Shown piece by piece: positions 57,473 to 64,000 of a stretch of 64,000 nucleotides of DNA; positions within the stretch are counted from its first letter, which is position 1, and the number at the start of each line of letters is the position of its first letter. The stretch is from Eledone cirrhosa. Taxonomy: Eukaryota. The translations under genes were made by a program, and so were the position numbers. The notes under the pieces were generated by a model. It searched no databases. It had not been told where the DNA came from and saw only the letters and a list, made by a program, of their open reading frames with translations. The stretch spans positions 107,756,001 to 107,820,000 of the forward strand of contig OZ024741.1 of the NCBI GenBank assembly GCA_964016885.1, written 5' to 3'.

Positions 57473-59079
57473 GCAGGGAACCTATCGGGACCTACTGCTG
57501 AATTATGCTTGATTTCCTTTATTGCCGCTAAGACATCAGGGGCGCCAAACGTTATGTCCGATAAGGTGTAATGGGGAGTAACATCGCCGATACAGCCCAG
57601 ATCGGCCATATCAGGATTGCTGAAAACAGAGCAGTATTGTTTCTGCAGTATCTCACCCATGGTTTTAGCATTGTCTTGAAGAGTGCCATTTTCATCAATT
57701 AGAGGGCCAACAGTAGAGCCAGTGATTTTGTGTTTTTTTGCAAATGAAAAGAACACTTTGGGATTGAGTTTGATCTTCTCAATGGCCCAGGCCTCTTCAG
57801 CTCTTCTCTGATTGTTGATGATAGACATTATGTTGTTTTGGAGGTTATGTTTTTTAATCTCTAGTGATGAAATGGCAGTCAAGTTTATGTGTTGCTGCTG
57901 ACAGTATTTCAGCTTGTTGATTTTTTTGTTCGCTCTCTTAATTTTCCTGATGAGCGTTTTTCTATTTCTAGGGATTCTGCTCTTAGATTTGTTTATAGTT
58001 CTTAATGGGGTGTGTTTTGCACACGTGTTTGTAAGATTGTCCACAAATGTCTGACAGGACTTTTTGATGTTAGTGGGTGTATGAGTGTGCGTGAAGGACC
58101 AGTCGACATGTGCAAGATCATGACTGATCGCTTCCCAGTTTGCATTGTGGAAATCCATAGCGTCAAACGGATGGACAGGAGAGATGACATTGGGTTTGTA
58201 TATTGGACGGTGGAATCTCAGATCACAGAGAACCATGTCATGATCAGAGAGTAGAGTTTTCTCCACTGCAATATTGTGGATATTGTCAGTGTGATTGCTG
58301 AAAATTAAGTCTAGGACGTTTTTGTGGCACCTCGTTGGTTCGAGCACCAGTTGGGACAGGAAGAAATCATCCATGAAGTCAAGAAGCGATTCCACTGCTT
58401 CCCTGTCAGAGGTTGAGGCAGAAGAACCTGGTGGCAGGCTGTTTGTGGACCAGTCAACTCCGGGGAGGTTGAAGTCCCCCATCATTAAGATGTTGTCAGG
58501 GTGACACTCTTGGATGAAACACTTTATGCTGTTGAGGCATTCCTTGAAGCATGGTAGAGGCGTTTGGGGTGGCCTATAGAGCCCAACTACTATTAGGTTG
58601 TTGGTTTGACTGAATACAGTGACTGCTTCGCAGTATCCATTAGTAAATATGTTCATAGCCTCTGTTGAGAAAGAATTATGGACATAAATGGCAGTCCCAC
58701 CCTTTCTTCTGCCAGCGCGATCAGCACGGATGGCTTTGAAATTTTTCACTTTCACCTCGGCTTCCAAGTGGAGGTTACTGAGATGGGTTTCAGTGAGGAC
58801 GAAGAAAGGGATGTGGTTTGGATGGACATCAACCCAGTCCTCCAGGAATTTGATCTTCCATTTTTGAGTATTGGTGGAAGGGCTGAAGCCTTGGGCGTTA
58901 AGCAAAAATGTTGAGGCGAGAGTGGATGGTTTTAATTGTTTTGGTGTGTTGTTAATTTGTTTGTTTGTTAATGGCAGCAATGGGAGTTTGTGCAGTGGGG
59001 TGATAGTGGAGGGTGGTGCTGGGTGATAGCTCGAATGTTTTTTTCCAGTTCTTTTGCCAGATTCATTATGGCTAAAAAA
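57430..59079 (-). CDS. LINE ORF2 APE endonuclease part; frame open from the slippery site, with no AUG before the catalytic motifs
   Basis: LLNAQG, LTETHL, RADR..GG, YRPP, GDFNLP, LDLIF, SDH, GPD. Confidence 0.9.
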   Translation of the reverse strand, partial: FFSHNESGKRTGKKHSSYHPAPPSTITPLHKLPLLPLTNKQINNTPKQLKPSTLASTFLLNAQGFSPSTNTQKWKIKFLEDWVDVHPNHIPFFVLTETHLSNLHLEAEVKVKNFKAIRADRAGRRKGGTAIYVHNSFSTEAMNIFTNGYCEAVTVFSQTNNLIVVGLYRPPQTPLPCFKECLNSIKCFIQECHPDNILMMGDFNLPGVDWSTNSLPPGSSASTSDREAVESLLDFMDDFFLSQLVLEPTRCHKNVLDLIFSNHTDNIHNIAVEKTLLSDHDMVLCDLRFHRPIYKPNVISPVHPFDAMDFHNANWEAISHDLAHVDWSFTHTHTPTNIKKSCQTFVDNLTNTCAKHTPLRTINKSKSRIPRNRKTLIRKIKRANKKINKLKYCQQQHINLTAISSLEIKKHNLQNNIMSIINNQRRAEEAWAIEKIKLNPKVFFSFAKKHKITGSTVGPLIDENGTLQDNAKTMGEILQKQYCSVFSNPDMADLGCIGDVTPHYTLSDITFGAPDVLAAIKEIKHNSAVGPDRFPACVLRRVNTNLHLL

Positions 59080-59806
59080 GAGGAAGAAGTTTCCTGTTTA
59101 GGAGACTGTTGGTGACTGTGGTAGTGGTTATTTTTATGTAGTTTATGGTTTTTGTTTTTGCTTTTATTTTTATTTTTATTTTTATTTTCATTTGTCCGAC
59201 GGGTCCCCGGGAGATGGGTAAAGGGACAATCCCGGTGTAAACACAATCTATCTCGCAGGGAAAAGCGGCAGATTTGTGGATTCCTTGTTTGAGTTATTGG
59301 TGGTTGTGTTGGTGTTAAATTAGAGTATGTATTATGGTGGTGGCTGTTTGTAGGGATAGACCGTTTTGTCCTAGGTAAATGGATGAATTTGCAGCCACTA
59401 TCCATACATATTCTATAGCGTAGAGAGTAGCGGCAAATGATGGGGTTTCGAGTGGGTGTGTATGTGTGTGTGTGTGTTGTGAGAGGTGTAGATGATGGTT
59501 TGAGTAGGTTTTGACGACCTTTGTGGGCTGTGGGAGGGAGAGTTCTTGTACTGGTATTAGAAGGTAAATTCCTTGAGATAGCAGTAGGCAAAGATGTTGT
59601 AGTAGTAGTAGTAGTAGGCAGAGAAGATGTTGGCAGTGGTGATGATTGGACTGCTGGGCCAGAGAAAGGAAGTGGTGTTTCCTGCTGTGAGATAGAGGCT
59701 ACTGGGAGGTCAATAGTTTCATTTAGTAGATCGGCCATTGTTGATGAATCAAGGAGTGGTTCACACTGTTGTTGTTGTTGTCGTCGTTGTTGTTGTTGTT
59801 GTTGCC

Positions 59807-59840
<34 letters not shown>

Positions 59841-60098
59841 GACAGCATCCGAAGAAAAAACACACCGTAGTTTATCCAAATGTTTATTGATTAATTTAAA
59901 AGCAACTTCGATTTGCTTTAATTTATTTTGAATCTGTTGTTCAGATCGGGTTTTCAAAAGGTGAACTGTACGTTTAGCAATGGCGTTCAGACATGAAGCA
60001 TCTATGTCTTCTGTTTGGGTAAGGCAATGCCATGTGTTTATTATAATGTCGATTTCATAATCAGACCAGTTCTGTTTGGATTTTTGCTGGTTAGCCAT
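58968..60098 (-). CDS. LINE ORF1 (376 aa from MANQQ): Myb/SANT-like N-terminus, polyQ, two CCCH-type zinc fingers
   Basis: WSDYEIDIIINTW..IA..RSEQQIQNKLK; CRYSLRYRICMDSGCKFIH; CRFSLRDRLCLHRDCPFTH. Confidence 0.8.
59073..59079 (-). promoter_or_regulatory. Candidate -1 ribosomal frameshift slippery site U_UUU_UUA
   Basis: tcT TTT TTA in ORF1 phase; -1 frame has TAA at 59100-59098 and is then open into the endonuclease. Confidence 0.7.
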
Positions 60099-60134
60099 TC
60101 TAGTTTTGAGTGTGTGTGTTTTAGTTAAGTATTT

Positions 60135-60225
<91 letters not shown>

Positions 60226-61387
60226 AATATATATACATATATATAATAAAATTATGTGTCCTATATTTAATTAATACATACAGGGATACAAGTATAGTCC
60301 GTATGCCAGTGGTTCAATAATGTTCCTAACCAAAACTGATTCATTCTGAGGCAGTTTGGTATGGCGCTAGTTTGTAATTTGAACTCGGGAATTTTATATT
60401 CTGCGAGAGAGAAAAGCCTTCTAACGATGATCTCTTTCTCAATAGAAATTCACTTGGATTGTCTATTTATTTGGGATCTGAAACTGCGGTAAAGGCACAT
60501 ATAGTAAGTACAGTGAATTTTTTGGAATTTAATTATTTATTAATCAGTTCTTAGATATGCCAGCTCTGTGTGTATAATGTTGATGGTATCAGAGCCTTTG
60601 GACATATATATATATATGAATGTATAAATAGTGTATTTTGCAATACACTGTATGCTTAATTAAAAGCATTTTGAAGACATTACTCTATTGTTTTAAAGTA
60701 GTGACAATGTCACTTACTTCTATTTTCAGTAAACAAGGGGAGATAAGCTGACAGAGCTCTGTTTCTTACTTGTTGGTACTTATTAAAGCGCAGCACTCCT
60801 CTTGTACGCTGAAAATTATGAAAGTTGGATTCTTATAGAATTCCAGTAACAATCAGGAACTGATTATACAGTGCGGTGGTTGCCGGGCCAGCAGAAATTG
60901 AAAATTAGAATTGGTGCTGTTAAATAGCGTTATATATATGAATGTATATATAATGTATTTTGCAATATACTGTATGCTTAATTAAAAGCATTTTACATAC
61001 ACTAAGATTTAGATTTAGTAGAATGTACAACCACTGATTCCAGCTATTTGCACTATCATATATTTTGGTTTCTAGTAAATTGCTTAATTGTATTATTTAT
61101 TTTAAAAGAAATTTTATTCTTTCTCTTAGATTTCAGATATTTTTTGAAAGCATAGCATTGACCCCTAAAACACTATAGTGGGCGCTGCAATGCTATTGTG
61201 GGCTCCTGAAAAGGTACCGTGGGCCCGTTGGGCAACCTGGCAACCTGGCCTGTCCGCCATTGCTTATGATTGTGTTGGTGTATGTCTGTGCATATAAATA
61301 TATATACATGTATATTCCTATATATAGATGCAGAAACAAACGCACACTTGCTCAAACACCCACACACGCAGACAGACAGACAGACAG

Positions 61388-61420
<33 letters not shown>

Positions 61421-61588
61421 ATGTAATGGTAATTTAAGTACAAACAAAGGTGTATTTAATATTTTCACGAGATTTCATTTCAGTTTTAAGGCAATTAGCA
61501 ATATTAAAATACTTATGAATTTCTGCCACGTAAACTCTCCCCACTCTCCCTATATATATATATGTACATATATGTGTAACCCCCCCAC

Positions 61589-61681
<93 letters not shown>

Positions 61682-61872
61682 CATATTAACAGCATATAAT
61701 CATATGCATCAATGGATTCCGTAACCATTTAATAATTGATATACAATTATTAAAATGGAACTAAATATGTCAGAAGTGTATTCACTTCAAAGCATGCACT
61801 TACTGTAAATAAAGACACAGATGAAAGAAAATATGGACGAGATAATATAAATGTTATAGTAACTACGAGAAG

Positions 61873-61948
<76 letters not shown>

Positions 61949-61990
61949 CATATATATATATATATGTGTATATATATATACATATATATA

Positions 61991-62075
<85 letters not shown>

Positions 62076-62399
62076 ACATATATATATATATATATAGTAT
62101 TAATTATACTATTTATGGTTATGTAAATACAAAAACTTTTTGCAGTTATATATATTTTTATACAAACCCTAAATAGTGGTAGGCAGTAATATATTGCTAC
62201 CTTATTACCAGTAAGTTAAGTAGCTCAATGTAAAAACATCAGATGATTTACAGAGCAGTTATATGAAATATAAGAATCAAAGAACTGTTCAAAACATGTT
62301 TATGCTTACAACTGTTTCCTCCAAACCGAGGTTTGGATTCTTCGGAGCAATTTATTAATGAATGAACACTTATATGACCTCCTTTTCACCCAAGAGACA

Positions 62400-63230
62400 T
62401 ACAGATACATATGCAAATATTGTGGGTCAACATTCATTACAGCATTTAGAGTGGCAGTACACACTTAGAGATTACATTCATATTAAAAGATACAATCAAA
62501 AATACAGGTTAAAATACAACATGAAAATAAGCGGTTATATAGTGCAAAGGTTATACGTGTGGCAAGCACGTGCGTCTTGTTTATATAGTGTGGCAGAGAG
62601 TTACGTGTAGTAGAAGCACTTAAGTAGGTAAACAAGAGTGTTAGGTTGGTTGATCTGGTGACAAATTCTTTATATGATTGTTATAGTCTGTGTGTGGAGA
62701 AATAATATAAGCATTAAAAATAGTGCAAGCATTAAAATATTGGTAATGCGAAGGGATGATATGGACTTCTTGTACTTCGACATTTTCATAGTCTGGGGAG
62801 TGTATTTTTCAGATTATATGCCCCTCACATAATCTACGACGATTCGATATTGAGCGGTTGACAATCCAGTTAGAGAATCGTAGTCTGATGTTCTTTAGTT
62901 CAATACAGGAGGATGTTACGTTTCGAGAATCGACATCGAAATACTACCCGGAAGTGTGTGTGTGTGGTTAAGGGGAGTTAATGCATGAGGGGAGGTAACT
63001 CTGAGGTTCCTATTACTAACTATTGAAATGTGTCTCAAAATAGACCCTAGCTTCTATGGTTATGCGCAATTTCTAAAAAAGTTCTAAAATTTAAAGTGTT
63101 TTAACTATAGAGTAGTCTATTAAGTTGTGCTGAAGTTGTTCGTATTATTATGGTGATTAACCCCCATCGTAGAGTGCCACAAATGAATATTATAGACGAC
63201 GAGCGAGGATTCTAAATTAATGATCTCTGT
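62400..63230 (-). pseudogene. Possible highly degenerate PLE RT remnant
   Basis: Scattered fragments in the expected order: IINL.., FFRKLR-like, SLPHYINKTHVL, FNMNVIS; many stops and frameshifts. Confidence 0.3.
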
Positions 63231-63605
63231 GGTTGTAGTCTACTCAAAGGACCAGGCGCGGTGATTGCAGAATCACTTCAACACACAATGATCTCTGATA
63301 AGTTCTGGGTCATCGCTTGCTACATTGGATGTCGAAGGATAATCATCACCAGGGCCGACCAGAGGTCAATCCGCAGTCCTCATGACCCCAATCTGACCAT
63401 CAAATCATCCATATATGTACAACCCATAAAGTACCAGTAATACACTGGGATAATTGCTGGCCTTGTGCAAAAGTAGAAACAATTATATTTGTTATTGTTT
63501 TCGTTCTGTAACAATCTAAACTATAATAAAGTAAGAAGCGCGGGACTGCGTACGGTATATAATTTGTTATCCCCTTAGTAAAATAAGTTGGATTACTTTG
63601 AATAA

Positions 63606-63788
63606 ATAATTGTTTCTACTTTTGGCACAAGGCCAACCCAGTGCATTACTGGTACTTTATTTTATCGACCCCGTAAGGATGAAAGGCAAAGTTAAACTCG
63701 GCGGGATTTGAACTCAGAATGGCAAGGGCCGTAACTCTATGCGTCAAAGCATGGCTTCAGAGCCTCTACCGATACTGCCAATCCACCA
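63606..63788 (-). mobile_element. tRNA-derived SINE
   Basis: Reverse complement of the consensus with A and B boxes. Confidence 0.88.
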
Positions 63789-64000
63789 TATACACAGAAA
63801 TTGAACGAAGACTGTGTTACACTCTCTTATGTAATCAGTAACTAATTCAGGACAACCGAGATGGTTCCAAAATTGAGGGGTTGTTTGCCCGGGCCAAACT
63901 CTTAAGTGGAAATAGGACAGCGTGTGTATGTGCGCGCGCTTGAGTTTGTCGGCATTCTTAAATTAGAGACACGTGTGTGTGTGTGTCACTGTTTTCAAGT

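Larger units (their letters stand above)
55876..60137 (-). mobile_element. Near-full-length CR1-group non-LTR retrotransposon inserted in (TA)n
   Basis: ORF1, APE endonuclease and RT; short 3' UTR; (TA)n on both sides. Confidence 0.93.

Overview
AT-rich, microsatellite-dense animal DNA, probably intergenic or intronic and most likely from an octopod cephalopod (inferred from the tRNA-derived SINE and the RTE-type 3' UTR). No host exon can be supported. The window is almost entirely retroelement-derived. It holds at least four distinct Penelope-like elements (PLEs), a near-full-length CR1-group LINE sitting in (TA)n, RTE and L1/Tx1 fragments, about 10 SINE copies, and a Helitron/Helentron-like non-autonomous cluster. 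It also holds about 10 different families of short (TA)n-flanked repeats carrying minimal type-I hammerhead ribozymes, arranged as tandem arrays or fold-backs (retrozyme- or pLTR-like). The strongest signal concerns the two most intact retroelements, a Neptune-like PLE (1-4552) and the CR1-like LINE (55876-60137). Both have a Gag-like ORF1 overlapping a pol frame in the -1 phase, with an in-phase U_UUU_UUA slippery heptamer 6-7 codons after the pol frame opens. This is a retrovirus-like programmed -1 frameshift architecture in element classes not usually described that way.
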